DNA of 64,000 bases from Patescibacteria group bacterium (GTDB taxonomy: Bacteria; Patescibacteriota; Minisyncoccia; Ryanbacterales; GWA2-47-10b): the NCBI GenBank assembly GCA_038064855.1, contig JBBTSE010000007.1, positions 87,699-151,698 on the forward strand. Direction: 5' to 3'. The translations under genes and the position numbers were made by a program. The notes beneath the pieces were generated by a model that saw only the letters and a program-made list of their open reading frames with translations, was not told the origin of the DNA and did not search any database. Of this stretch, positions 47,396 through 57,148 are shown one piece after another (the first letter of the stretch is position 1; the number at the start of each line of letters is the position of its first letter).

Positions 47396-48098
47396 TATGT
47401 ATTAAATCAAAATTTGACGACTGACGCACGGCAATGGCGCCAAGCTTGATAAGTTCGAGCATCGCCAAAAAAGTAACCACGACTGTCACCCGTTCTGCCT
47501 TACTGCCCACAAAATCATGAAAGGTTTTTACCATGCCGCTCGAGATACGCTCTTCGAGTTCTTTGATTTTCTCTTCGATTGAAATAATTTTCTTAACGGT
47601 GCGCTGGGGTAATTCATTTTTTTGCGGGATTGCGGCGATAATCTCACGCAACAAAAAGATCATGCGATTGAGATCAATACCTTTTGCGGGCGGTAGAAAT
47701 GACGGTGCGACAAGCACTAGGGGTTCACGCCCAAAGAGCTCTTGGCGAGCTTTGACGCGTGCGCCGAGCGCGTCAGCCATATGTTTGACGATTTGGTAGG
47801 CCCGCAGACGCTCTTCGAGCTCTTTAATATCACCCTCTTCTTCATGCGTGAGTATGAAGCCCGGCAAAAGCGAGCGCGATTTGATGAGGATAAGAGTCGA
47901 GGCGATGACCAAAAAATCAGCAAGCTCTTCGTGGTAGCTTTCACCAAGCTTTGCTTTGAGATCTTCGATATAACGAAAATAATCCTCAGTGACGGTACCG
48001 AGTGATATCTCATTGATCGAGAGTTTTTTGGTCTCGATTAGATCGTAGAGGAGCTCGAGTGGCCCTTCAAATTTTTTGACGCGTACTTTGTATGCCAC
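47373..48098 (-). CDS. scpA: segregation and condensation protein A (kleisin)
   Basis: FEGPLELLYDLIETKKLSINEISLGTVTEDYFRYI N-terminal kleisin motif; 241 aa. Confidence 0.85.
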   Translation of the reverse strand: MAYKVRVKKFEGPLELLYDLIETKKLSINEISLGTVTEDYFRYIEDLKAKLGESYHEELADFLVIASTLILIKSRSLLPGFILTHEEEGDIKELEERLRAYQIVKHMADALGARVKARQELFGREPLVLVAPSFLPPAKGIDLNRMIFLLREIIAAIPQKNELPQRTVKKIISIEEKIKELEERISSGMVKTFHDFVGSKAERVTVVVTFLAMLELIKLGAIAVRQSSNFDLIHIEHGRTE

Positions 48099-48112
48099 GC
48101 GTGTAGTATAGC

Positions 48113-49513
48113 CTATGCGGCGGGTTTTTTCTTTATTTGGATTCCAAATTCGAGAAGTTGTTCTGGTGATACATCAGTGGGCGCGTCCATCACAGCAGTT
48201 TTACCACCCGCAGTCATAGGAAATGCCTGCACTTCGCGAAGTGCGGTCTCTCCCGCGAAACACATGGTGAGGCGATCAATGCCAAGCGCAATGCCGCCGT
48301 GAGGCGGCGTGCCTCGGCGAAATGCTTCTAACATGTGACCATATTCGCGTTTAATCTTTTCATCATCAAAGCCCATCACCCCCAATACTTTTTTAAGCAC
48401 TTCGGGTTCATGCGCACGGATACTGCCGCCACCCGCCTCATAGCCGTTAAGTACCAAGTCATACTGGTCAGCGATGATTGACTCGATCTCACCTGCCAAA
48501 AGTTTTTCGCGATGCTCGGGTACGGTGTTTGAAAACGGGTTATGGGTAAAGGTCCACCCACCGCCATCAGTATGTTCAAAAAACGGAAAGCGCGTCACCC
48601 AGGCAAACGCAAGCGTGCCATCTTTCTTGTCCTCTTCGGTTCGGAGATCAAATTTATCTGCGCCAAATTTTTCCATAGCTTCAGCATAGGTAAAGCGCGG
48701 AAACGGTGTTTCTTTTATTTTTTTGCCGAGTTTGTGCGCAACCTCAATCATCGTACCCTCAATGATATCGAGTACATCTTCTTGTTTTACAAAACTCATC
48801 TCAACATCAAGTTGGGTATGCTCAAATCCCCTGTCTGCACGCAAGTCTTCATCGCGAAAGCATCGGGCGATTTGAAAATATCGTTCAAAACCTGATGCCA
48901 TGATCAGCTGTTTATACTGCTGTGGGCTTTGCGGGAGTGCGTAGAACTGGCCTTGCTGAAGGCGTGATGGAACCAAAAAATCTCGTGACCCTTCGGCGGT
49001 GGCTTTCGTCAGATACGGCGTTTCAATCTCGACAAATGATTTTGCAAAAAGGTACTGGCGGATAGAGTCTACGAGTTTTGATCGTAGACGGATGTTGTGT
49101 TGGAGACGCGCACGACGGAGATCGAGATATCGATATTTGAGGCGCACTTCCTCACTTACTTCGTAGCCATCACCTGCTAATTCAAATACCGGAGTTTCCG
49201 CGGAGTTCAGTATGGTGATACCTTTGACTTCGATCTCAACACCGCCTGTTGGCAATTTATCATTTTTCATTTTAGCGGGGCGCTCTTTGACAAGTCCTTG
49301 CACACCAATCACCCATTCGGTGCGTACTTGGTCGGCCGTATCGTGCAAATCTTTGTTGTCCGGTGGTACTACCATCTGTACTACGCCTGATTCATCACGC
49401 AGATCGATAAAAATCAATTTGCCATGATCGCGGCGTACATCAACCCAGCCCGCAAGCTCGACTTCTTTGCCTACATGATTTGGCGTATCTATAATATGAA
49501 TCCGCTGTTCCAT
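48113..49513 (-). CDS. aspS: aspartyl-tRNA synthetase, bacterial-type core lacking GAD insertion
   Basis: OB-fold N-domain; motif 2 FYALPQSPQQYKQLIMASGFERYFQIARCFRDEDLRADRGFEHTQLDVEMSF; motif 3 GGIALGIDRL; region where GAD domain normally sits reduced to ~20 aa; start at Met MEQRIHI. Confidence 0.85.
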   Translation of the reverse strand: MEQRIHIIDTPNHVGKEVELAGWVDVRRDHGKLIFIDLRDESGVVQMVVPPDNKDLHDTADQVRTEWVIGVQGLVKERPAKMKNDKLPTGGVEIEVKGITILNSAETPVFELAGDGYEVSEEVRLKYRYLDLRRARLQHNIRLRSKLVDSIRQYLFAKSFVEIETPYLTKATAEGSRDFLVPSRLQQGQFYALPQSPQQYKQLIMASGFERYFQIARCFRDEDLRADRGFEHTQLDVEMSFVKQEDVLDIIEGTMIEVAHKLGKKIKETPFPRFTYAEAMEKFGADKFDLRTEEDKKDGTLAFAWVTRFPFFEHTDGGGWTFTHNPFSNTVPEHREKLLAGEIESIIADQYDLVLNGYEAGGGSIRAHEPEVLKKVLGVMGFDDEKIKREYGHMLEAFRRGTPPHGGIALGIDRLTMCFAGETALREVQAFPMTAGGKTAVMDAPTDVSPEQLLEFGIQIKKKPAA

Positions 49514-49532
49514 AGATTTCAATATATCAGGA

Positions 49533-49565
49533 AACAAAAACTCCGCATAGTGCGGAGTTTTTGGT
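49533..49565 (-). terminator. rho-independent terminator after giant surface-protein gene
   Basis: AAAAACTCCGCA-ctat-GCGGAGTTTTT hairpin then GTTTCC; 22 nt upstream of aspS ATG. Confidence 0.6.
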
Positions 49566-49584
49566 GCCTGCGCCGAAAGGAAAA

Positions 49585-52500
49585 CTATTGCCCGAGAGCT
49601 GACTGCAAGCCCAGTAGCATGTTGCGAAGGCCTTGCAGGGTATCTGCAAGAGCATTCACATCATTACCGTTCACAGCTGCCGTTGGTCGTGGGATATTAA
49701 ACTGCGTTTCTGAACAAAGGATATTAGTTGCATCACTCGTACCCCATTTCCAGAAACTCGCTTGATACCTACCGTAGGCGTTTGCGTGATCCGCCGCGCT
49801 CAATGTCACATCATAGGTAGTTGAGTTGATCACAGTCCATGATCCGCGGCCAACCCATGTGGCGGTACCGACACCGCGCGAGAGATTCCAGAAACCAACT
49901 GAATCAGGTAGGGCGGTACCTTTGACGACACGGAGTTTTACCAAGCCACCGCCAAGTTGAGTGACACTCGTCACCGAACATTCACGGTTATTGTATGTTG
50001 GCGCTTGAACTGCCGCAGGAGGTGGCGGAGGTGCTACGGGTGGTGGGGGCGGCGCTACGAGAGTACCAGTGCCAGTGATAGTAAGAGTGCAAGATGATCC
50101 AGATGTTCCATCATTGCGCTTTGGCGTGATGGTTACGCGCGCGGTACCCGCTTCACGCATGTAGAGATTACCCCATTGCCCCGTTGAACGAAGATCGTAC
50201 GGAGTTGGAGAGGACATGAAATCTCTAAAACACTTGTATGGGTACGGGAAGTAATTTGGATCAAAGGTGCCATCAGTGCGCTTACCGCAATCAACCGTTC
50301 CAGCCCATGGAGTTGAGACGGTGATATAATCAGCATTTTCCCATGCCCATGGAACTTCAAATCGATCACCTACGGTTTTTGTAACAGACGAATTGCCAAG
50401 GGTTCCATTGAGGCGACAGCGAGGTGCTGCGGGAGCCGGCGGCGGAGGTGGAAGTGTCGCACCTTGGCCACTACCTGCTGGTGGATAACATTGCTGCGGA
50501 GGTGTAGGACTTATCACTGAATTACGATTGTGATCAAAGTGTACACACGCGCAAGTAGTACCAGCACCATCGCCATCATATGTACCGCCAGTTGTACTGC
50601 TCCAGTCGTTGGCACATGCAGTAGGTGCTGGAGGCGGAGGTGGAGGGGTTGGGCCGCCTCCTGATGTAGTGATAGTAAGCGCACATGGTGCGCCACTAGC
50701 GCCGTCATGACGCTTTGGTGTCGCGGTTACATTGGCACTACCCGCTTCACGCATATAGAGATTGCCCCACGTGCCCTGCGTACCAAGATCATATCCACCG
50801 CCACTTGCAGTACGTAAGAATGCCGCGCGACATGAATACGGAGTTGTATAGCTTGGATCAAACCGGTCACCTACTCCATCACCATTATCATCGTAGTATC
50901 CGCAATCAATTGTGCCACTCCAACCAGGGCCTGCGACTGAAATATAATCAGCGTTGGTAGCCGCCCACGTTACGCCAAAGCGCGTATTGATTGCTTTGGT
51001 AGTACCGCCTGGAGTTGGTGTGAGTGTACATGATGGAGGTGGCAAAGGGCCTGCGGGAGGTGGTGGTGGCAGTGGCGCTGGTGGAGGGGGCGGAGGTAAG
51101 TCAGGTGTGGGGATAGTGATGGTATTACCTGATTTTACAAAGTCATATGTCACGCACTGTCTGTCATCGGTCGCGTCGTTGGGCCTCCCCCAGAGCCAGA
51201 TATTGACACCGTACCGACCATTGCCAAAGTTGCCATCAGAGAGTTGTGTTGCGGTCAGTGTACCTTGGAAAGTATTTGATGCGCCAATGCGTGTACCTTG
51301 CGGCCACTTGGCGAGCTCATATTGGCGAACACCATTGCGTACTGGATAGACACCAAACGACATCGAGTTACCACCGGTCACATCAAATGCGCGAAGGGTT
51401 ACTGTGCCTGCCACAGTACCTACGGCCGCATCACCACCTGAACAGTTCAAAGGTCCTGCGGGTGGTGGGGGCGGCGGTGGAGGTGCTGGGTTTGGATCGT
51501 AGAGCAACACACTACAGCTCTCTGATTGGATACTGCCATCCGTACGATGTAAGAAACTTACACCTTGGTTCATAGAACCGTTGACTGATTGCCAAGTAAC
51601 CGTAAAGGTCTGACCGCCAGACTGTTGGCGTGGTACCGCACCCAAAGGCGAATTCCATTCTACGGGAGTTGCGCCGTATGCAGTAAAGGTCACTGACTCA
51701 CTAATCGCTGCAGTTGATTTGTTTGCTGTGCAATAAAACTGCTCCTCTACAGATCCACACGCTACTTCATCGGCGGTACTAGTAGGACCACCGCAACTAC
51801 CATTTGCGGCACCGGGGCCAGGGCCACCGGTATATTGAGGGATCGCATCAATACCAGGTCTCCACGATCTCCAGTCAGGTACGCATTTACCAGTTTGCGA
51901 GATGCGTCGCCCAGGGCGAGAGCCATCGGGGTTTTTATCAGTGCCCGGCAAGCTCCACCATCCTTGTGCCATACCGTATACTTGCGCGTTCACACTATAG
52001 TCCTGCATGCAGAGTGGCAATTGGCCGGGACCGGTAGCAAGAGATTCAGGCGAGGCATAGGTGCTCGCGTGTGATTCTGGTAAAAAGTCAGCGTACGCAG
52101 GAGGAATGCCCATCCATTTGTAAGGGCCATCTTGTCCAACGCGTCGCGCGATATAGCGTGCGGCAAGATTCCATTGACCTGACCTTGTTGGGATACCATT
52201 GAGATTGAGTGCGCGTGTCCAGTTTGAATTCCACGCCTCTGCTACGAGATGCGCGTAGCCGTACGCATCTTGACCGTCATTAAATGTCGGAGTACTCGGT
52301 GCACTTGGTGAAGTTTTGTCGCCACCGTTTGGCCAGTTATATTTACCGGAGCATCCGCCTGCGTTAATACCACCGACAGGAAGATTGCTGATATTGCACG
52401 CATGATAGGGACCCCAGGGGTTTCCAGAACTACCGCCTGTAGTACCCCAAGTAACTTTAGTTGGATCAAAGCCGGGTGGGCAGAATCTACCAAGGTATCG

Positions 52501-54096
52501 TTGTTGCGCGCCCGTATCACAGCCAGTGGTACCTCCTTGGCGAATATCTGCGGTGATATTGTCACACGGCAATATAAAGGGTGCGCAAAATTGAAGCTGA
52601 TAGTTGCCACGGCTCGGAAACACTACGGTGGGATCTTGCCCTTGGTTGTTTGGCTCAAAGGTTACGCCGCAGTTACCGTCACCACAGGCTGCGCCATCTT
52701 TTGAGGTGACTTTCCACATCACAAAGCCATTGTTTTGGATATCGTCACGCTTTGCTCCATTTACATACACTGAACCATTGAGATACGCATAGAGTTTGCC
52801 ATCGTCGCGCGAGAAGGTACCCGAGACATTGCCACCAGCGTTCACATAGGTGTTTGCCGCGCTACCACCGGGACGCAAAAAGTCTTCAGCTACCCAGCCG
52901 AGTAAGCTACCAAAATTTACCTTCCACCATTGATACCAAACTCCTCCAAGCTTTGCCGGTATTGCGGGACTCGCAGCGATAGTCCCTTGTGCCCCTGCAT
53001 TGCGCGTCGCTGTCCAGGAGCCGCCGGGCGCGCCGCGTACATTGACGCCGTTTTCTGTTGTCTCAACACTCTGACCATTTGAGAAACTAGTCGATGGTGT
53101 AGGACCGGCGAGTGCCGTAGTACATACGGGAGTATCGTTGGCATTGTTAACATCGTCGACAATACTGTCACCAGTGCCACCATTACAGATAGGTGCTGCT
53201 ACCGGACATTGAGCCGGTGCGTTCCAACAGTAGATAGCGAAGCCATCACCGTTGGTATCTTTTCTTTCACACTTTTGATAGTTAATTGCGTTTCTACAGC
53301 GATAGGTATTTACCTGACCTGCTGAGCATGAGCCGTAGGTCGCGTTACAAGTTTCTGGTTCAGTGCCTCCACCAGGCAAGGGAACTCCTTGGCGATTGGT
53401 TGCCAAAAATCGAAAATATATGGTCGCAATGTTTCCTTCCGTTACAGTAAAGGTCGCGGTATCGCCACGCGTCCAACTACCAGAGCGTCCACAGTCAGCG
53501 CCACCACTACATACATTGTATTCGGGGTCGCGATATTCTACATCACCTTGCGTGCGCGGAGTCAGCGCGGTGATTGTGTGTTGTCCGGGTTCGAGATCAC
53601 GCGTTTCGTAAAACCCACCGCTCGTGGTGATGCGCGTACGCGAGTCGACATCAAGCGCGGCTTCTACATATTGAAATGAGTTTTGTGTTTGTACCACATA
53701 GCCATGCACACCTGCTGGATTTTCTGTGGTACGGGTGACGCAGTATGTTTCTTCCAAGCTTTGTTTACCGTTGACCATGACATACACGCGGTATCCGCAG
53801 CTCGAGCGAAAATCGCGCGTGACAGTAAATACATCAGAGACCCATCGGCCATCAGCGTTGGTGCGACCAAGACTCATCTGAGGGTTTGAATAATTTCCTT
53901 CCCAATTTGATGCGACGACGATCACGTCAGCGGTTGTGTCCGCGCCCGTGACAGTGAGCGTGATCGAATCGCCTGTGCTGTATCTATCCGCATTAAGTTG
54001 AAGGCGTGGAGTGCCCGCCCATGCGAGTTGCGGCGCCAACATGGCTACGGCAACAATACCGACCAAACCCCATCTCGTGAACAATCGTGTACTCAT
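49585..54096 (-). CDS. giant secreted/cell-surface protein (1503 aa) with polyproline linkers and repeated modules
   Basis: Signal peptide MSTRLFTRWGLVGIVAVAMLAPQLAWAG; five Pro5-10 linkers; two homologous ~120-aa modules (…NADYISVAGPGWSGTIDCG…GNLYMREAGSANVTATPKR… and …NADYITVSTPWAGTVDCG…GNLYMREAGTARVTITPKR…); Gly/Thr/Asn-rich beta-type composition. Confidence 0.8.
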   Translation of the reverse strand: MSTRLFTRWGLVGIVAVAMLAPQLAWAGTPRLQLNADRYSTGDSITLTVTGADTTADVIVVASNWEGNYSNPQMSLGRTNADGRWVSDVFTVTRDFRSSCGYRVYVMVNGKQSLEETYCVTRTTENPAGVHGYVVQTQNSFQYVEAALDVDSRTRITTSGGFYETRDLEPGQHTITALTPRTQGDVEYRDPEYNVCSGGADCGRSGSWTRGDTATFTVTEGNIATIYFRFLATNRQGVPLPGGGTEPETCNATYGSCSAGQVNTYRCRNAINYQKCERKDTNGDGFAIYCWNAPAQCPVAAPICNGGTGDSIVDDVNNANDTPVCTTALAGPTPSTSFSNGQSVETTENGVNVRGAPGGSWTATRNAGAQGTIAASPAIPAKLGGVWYQWWKVNFGSLLGWVAEDFLRPGGSAANTYVNAGGNVSGTFSRDDGKLYAYLNGSVYVNGAKRDDIQNNGFVMWKVTSKDGAACGDGNCGVTFEPNNQGQDPTVVFPSRGNYQLQFCAPFILPCDNITADIRQGGTTGCDTGAQQRYLGRFCPPGFDPTKVTWGTTGGSSGNPWGPYHACNISNLPVGGINAGGCSGKYNWPNGGDKTSPSAPSTPTFNDGQDAYGYAHLVAEAWNSNWTRALNLNGIPTRSGQWNLAARYIARRVGQDGPYKWMGIPPAYADFLPESHASTYASPESLATGPGQLPLCMQDYSVNAQVYGMAQGWWSLPGTDKNPDGSRPGRRISQTGKCVPDWRSWRPGIDAIPQYTGGPGPGAANGSCGGPTSTADEVACGSVEEQFYCTANKSTAAISESVTFTAYGATPVEWNSPLGAVPRQQSGGQTFTVTWQSVNGSMNQGVSFLHRTDGSIQSESCSVLLYDPNPAPPPPPPPPAGPLNCSGGDAAVGTVAGTVTLRAFDVTGGNSMSFGVYPVRNGVRQYELAKWPQGTRIGASNTFQGTLTATQLSDGNFGNGRYGVNIWLWGRPNDATDDRQCVTYDFVKSGNTITIPTPDLPPPPPPAPLPPPPPAGPLPPPSCTLTPTPGGTTKAINTRFGVTWAATNADYISVAGPGWSGTIDCGYYDDNGDGVGDRFDPSYTTPYSCRAAFLRTASGGGYDLGTQGTWGNLYMREAGSANVTATPKRHDGASGAPCALTITTSGGGPTPPPPPPAPTACANDWSSTTGGTYDGDGAGTTCACVHFDHNRNSVISPTPPQQCYPPAGSGQGATLPPPPPAPAAPRCRLNGTLGNSSVTKTVGDRFEVPWAWENADYITVSTPWAGTVDCGKRTDGTFDPNYFPYPYKCFRDFMSSPTPYDLRSTGQWGNLYMREAGTARVTITPKRNDGTSGSSCTLTITGTGTLVAPPPPPVAPPPPPAAVQAPTYNNRECSVTSVTQLGGGLVKLRVVKGTALPDSVGFWNLSRGVGTATWVGRGSWTVINSTTYDVTLSAADHANAYGRYQASFWKWGTSDATNILCSETQFNIPRPTAAVNGNDVNALADTLQGLRNMLLGLQSALGQ

Positions 54097-54188
54097 ATCT
54101 GTAAGAGTTTTGTAAATAAAAAATAAAAATGAATAGTGCGACCTATTGCTGTTTATTATATGGTAATTGCGCTCAAGCTTGCTTGTGT

Positions 54189-54228
54189 ATAAAGAAAAAA
54201 GATGATTTTTATAGAAAAACCATCTTTT
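54189..54228 (-). terminator. putative rho-independent terminator after histidine kinase gene
   Basis: On minus strand AAGATGGTTTTTC-tat-AAAAATCATCTT hairpin followed by TTTTTTCTTTA. Confidence 0.45.
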
Positions 54229-54277
54229 ACCCAGAAAAATCCGTACCAGCTTAAAGGTTTGTAAACCTTACTAATTA

Positions 54278-55906
54278 TTAATTCTTTTTCTCTATATCAA
54301 GCGGTAAGAGCATAAAGAAGGTGCTGCCTTTGCCTTTGCCGGGTGAAGTCGCGCCAATAGATCCGCCGTGAGCTTCTGCGATGAGTTTAGCGACATACAA
54401 ACCGAGGCCGAGACCTTCGGTATGAGTCGCCTTCTGTTCTTTGCCGCGTACAAATTTTTGGAAAAGCTTGCGTGATTCCTCTAAACTCAAACCCGGCCCC
54501 GTGTCAGTCACTGAAAATCTGATAGCATCACCTTCTTGCACGAGCTTTACTACTACGGTTCCTGACGGCGTATATTTAAACGCATTGTCTACAAGATTGA
54601 GTGCCACTTGGCGAAGCTTGTTGCTATCACCACTCATGGCATCAGTCTTAAAATCTTTTTCCCATACCAGTTTCATCTTTTTATTTTTTGCCACGATCTG
54701 AAAATCAGTGACGATGGGGTCAAGGATCTCATTGAGATGTACGGGCTTCATATCAAACTGCATGCGCCCACGCTCCATGCGTGAGAGATCGAGCAAGTCA
54801 TTGACCAAGGTGATCAGGCGCTCATTTGATACATATACTTTTTCCAGAGGATCATGAATCTTTGTCTCAAGCTTGCCGTAGGTGCCCTCGCGCATCATGG
54901 AGATATATCCTTTGATGATCGAGAGTGGCGTGCGTAGCTGGTGTGATGCGATAGAGATAAAGTCAGACTTGGCTTCATCAAGCCGTTTGAGATCAGCGTT
55001 TGCAACTTCAAGATCTACCGCCAACTTCTCCATCCGCTCACGAAGTTTTACTTCTTGAAGTACGGAGCGTATGAGGAGGATACCGAGAGCGAGAGATCCG
55101 GTGAATAGAATAGAACCTAATACAACATCATATGCATCTCGCGCCGCAAGTAGCCGTACTAGAAGTAAGACCCAAAGTGCAAAGGTTAATAATTCTGTAG
55201 CAATAACTTTTACATCAAGTAATCGGTATTTAATAATTGCATAGCTGGTAAAGATGATAAATGGGAAAAAGAAAAGTGGTACAAACGGAATAAAAACTAA
55301 AATTTCATATACTGTCGGCAGTATAAGATTAAAAGTCAGCACCAAAGAAAAAGTGATGACTGTACCGAAGAAGATAAGTTTATATTGAGTGCGTTCAAGA
55401 CCCACCGCTCGACGAGCTTTTTTAAATAATACTACCAAGGCGGCAAGAACCAACCCTAAAGATACAAAGCCAAAAACTGGGAAAGCAGGTCCCTGCACTC
55501 CCTTTGCTACTTGATCAATAGATGGTAAATGTTCTAATCCTTCAAATACATAAGGAGTAAGAGTCAGTCCCGCAGCTATAATGGTTATGGGCCAAAAAAT
55601 ATATTTATAGATAGGAGGAATTTTCTGTGCTTCGTTTGGAAACACAAGAAACAAGTAGAAAATAGAAAAGGCGTGCCAAACCGCGAAAAAGAGAGTTAAT
55701 CGTAAAAACCATAGTATATACAATGAAGACCAACCATCTTGGTTGCTCATAAAATTAAAAGTTGCGTAGACAATTGTTAGTAGTGTGAATAAAAGAAATA
55801 TTCTGTTCGTAATACTTTTCCGATTATTCACAAACACAACAATCCCAAGTATGGCGATAGCTATACTAACTAAGCTGATAGCAACAAGATTAAAATTACT
55901 CGCCAT
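54278..55906 (-). CDS. sensor histidine kinase with ~8 N-terminal TM helices (orphan, no response regulator in window)
   Basis: Polytopic N-domain; HisKA H-box SHQLRTPLSII; HATPase_c N, G1 (DTGPGL), G2 (GLGLGL) boxes. Confidence 0.85.
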   Translation of the reverse strand: MASNFNLVAISLVSIAIAILGIVVFVNNRKSITNRIFLLFTLLTIVYATFNFMSNQDGWSSLYILWFLRLTLFFAVWHAFSIFYLFLVFPNEAQKIPPIYKYIFWPITIIAAGLTLTPYVFEGLEHLPSIDQVAKGVQGPAFPVFGFVSLGLVLAALVVLFKKARRAVGLERTQYKLIFFGTVITFSLVLTFNLILPTVYEILVFIPFVPLFFFPFIIFTSYAIIKYRLLDVKVIATELLTFALWVLLLVRLLAARDAYDVVLGSILFTGSLALGILLIRSVLQEVKLRERMEKLAVDLEVANADLKRLDEAKSDFISIASHQLRTPLSIIKGYISMMREGTYGKLETKIHDPLEKVYVSNERLITLVNDLLDLSRMERGRMQFDMKPVHLNEILDPIVTDFQIVAKNKKMKLVWEKDFKTDAMSGDSNKLRQVALNLVDNAFKYTPSGTVVVKLVQEGDAIRFSVTDTGPGLSLEESRKLFQKFVRGKEQKATHTEGLGLGLYVAKLIAEAHGGSIGATSPGKGKGSTFFMLLPLDIEKKN

Positions 55907-55914
55907 AAAGAATA

Positions 55915-56976
55915 TTATATGGTGATAAATCTACTAATATCTAACCTCGTAGCCCTCGCCGTCGGCTCTCCCCCATCACCAATGCGAAACATAAAAGCAA
56001 TTGTTTTGTTTTCTGCGCCCAATGCTTTTTGAATACTTGTATATCCCCGCTGCATGAGATGAATATGTCTGTGTTCAAACGCCGCAAGATCACCGTGCTG
56101 TACGCGCAAGAAAAGATAGATGAGCCCTGCGAGCGGCTGAAAGCTCAAACCAAGCTTTGTGGTATTGAGCCAAATGCGCTCTGCCGCCATACCCGCCTGC
56201 ACAAAATGCTCGGGCGTTTCGTCATCAATAACCACCGCGCCCACCAGCGAGCCTGACGCGTAGAGCTGACCGTTGCCCAAAGCTACAAAACGCGGAAAGC
56301 CGACCATACCCAACACGCGCATGACCGGCCACCTGCGAAATAATTTAAAAAGCACTTTTACGGGTGGCGGCAACTCGAGCGTATCTATATAGAAGCCGAT
56401 GCTTTTTTTGTCATCTTCTTGTTTGGTCCAATTGATATGGCTAAAGAAAAAGCCGTGCATGAGTTTGTTTTCAAATATCACTCGCTCGTTTGATGTCGCG
56501 GCGTTGGCTACGATTTTGATAGCGCCCTTGTCAGTAGTAAGTATTATTTTTACTCCATCATCAGCCACGCCGTCAGTGAGCCATTTTTTCGTCTCGTCAG
56601 TGATATCTACTTTTTTGTATGGCTTGCGGTTTGTGGTGCGTTTAAAAATACCTTCAAAGAGCGGTTCTGTCTTGGGTTCGCGCCCGGTAAACTGTATTAA
56701 AGCCACAAGATTTGACTCGTGACCTTCTGGAAACAGTTGAAAGCGCATATCAAAGCCATGGTGTGATGCGGCGATGCGTATATTTTCTAGCAGTGCCCCA
56801 TGCGCAAAGTATGATGCACGCTGACCCCAGCTATACAGAGAATCATCACGCTCAGGTATATTGTAGAGTGCCAGTTCGCCATCACCGCGCACTTCAAAAC
56901 GCCACGGCTGGCAATTTTCACCAGACGGCGCATGAATACCCGCCTCTATTATCTTAAGCAACACAGCCCGATCCAT
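55915..56976 (-). CDS. tandem nitroreductase-fold (SagB/ThcOx-like) oxidoreductase
   Basis: N-terminal nitroreductase signature HAPSGENCQPWRFEV and second nitroreductase-like half; 8 nt upstream of HK gene on same strand; start at Met MDRAVLL. Confidence 0.6.
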   Translation of the reverse strand: MDRAVLLKIIEAGIHAPSGENCQPWRFEVRGDGELALYNIPERDDSLYSWGQRASYFAHGALLENIRIAASHHGFDMRFQLFPEGHESNLVALIQFTGREPKTEPLFEGIFKRTTNRKPYKKVDITDETKKWLTDGVADDGVKIILTTDKGAIKIVANAATSNERVIFENKLMHGFFFSHINWTKQEDDKKSIGFYIDTLELPPPVKVLFKLFRRWPVMRVLGMVGFPRFVALGNGQLYASGSLVGAVVIDDETPEHFVQAGMAAERIWLNTTKLGLSFQPLAGLIYLFLRVQHGDLAAFEHRHIHLMQRGYTSIQKALGAENKTIAFMFRIGDGGEPTARATRLDISRFITI

Positions 56977-56987
56977 TACCTCTATTC

Positions 56988-57024
56988 TAAAGAAAAAAAG
57001 GCGCACTGTCGCCCCTTTTGCTGT
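56988..57024. promoter_or_regulatory. terminator/attenuator-like hairpin in leader of nitroreductase-HK operon
   Basis: A-run, GGCGC-actgtc-GCC(CC) hairpin, T-run; sits ~20 nt upstream of nitroreductase start codon on the minus strand. Confidence 0.3.
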
Positions 57025-57148
57025 TATCTATCCACAGACTTGTTTCGCCAATAAGGCGTCTTTACTAAATCAATAAAATATGTTATTTATATGACAAACG
57101 TAAAAAACAAATTCATCCGTTCTTTTATAACTCAAGGGAGAGAATGTT

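Noticed and set aside
49585-54096. Possibility that the repeats in the giant gene are a CRISPR array
   Set aside because: Repeats are long (~590 bp), diverged and in-frame coding. There are no short identical direct repeats with unique spacers and no cas genes.
54256-54271. Near-perfect palindrome AAGGTTTGTAAACCTT just downstream of HK stop
   Set aside because: Lacks a following T-run on the relevant strand, so not called as a terminator. Could be a protein-binding site but there is no supporting context.
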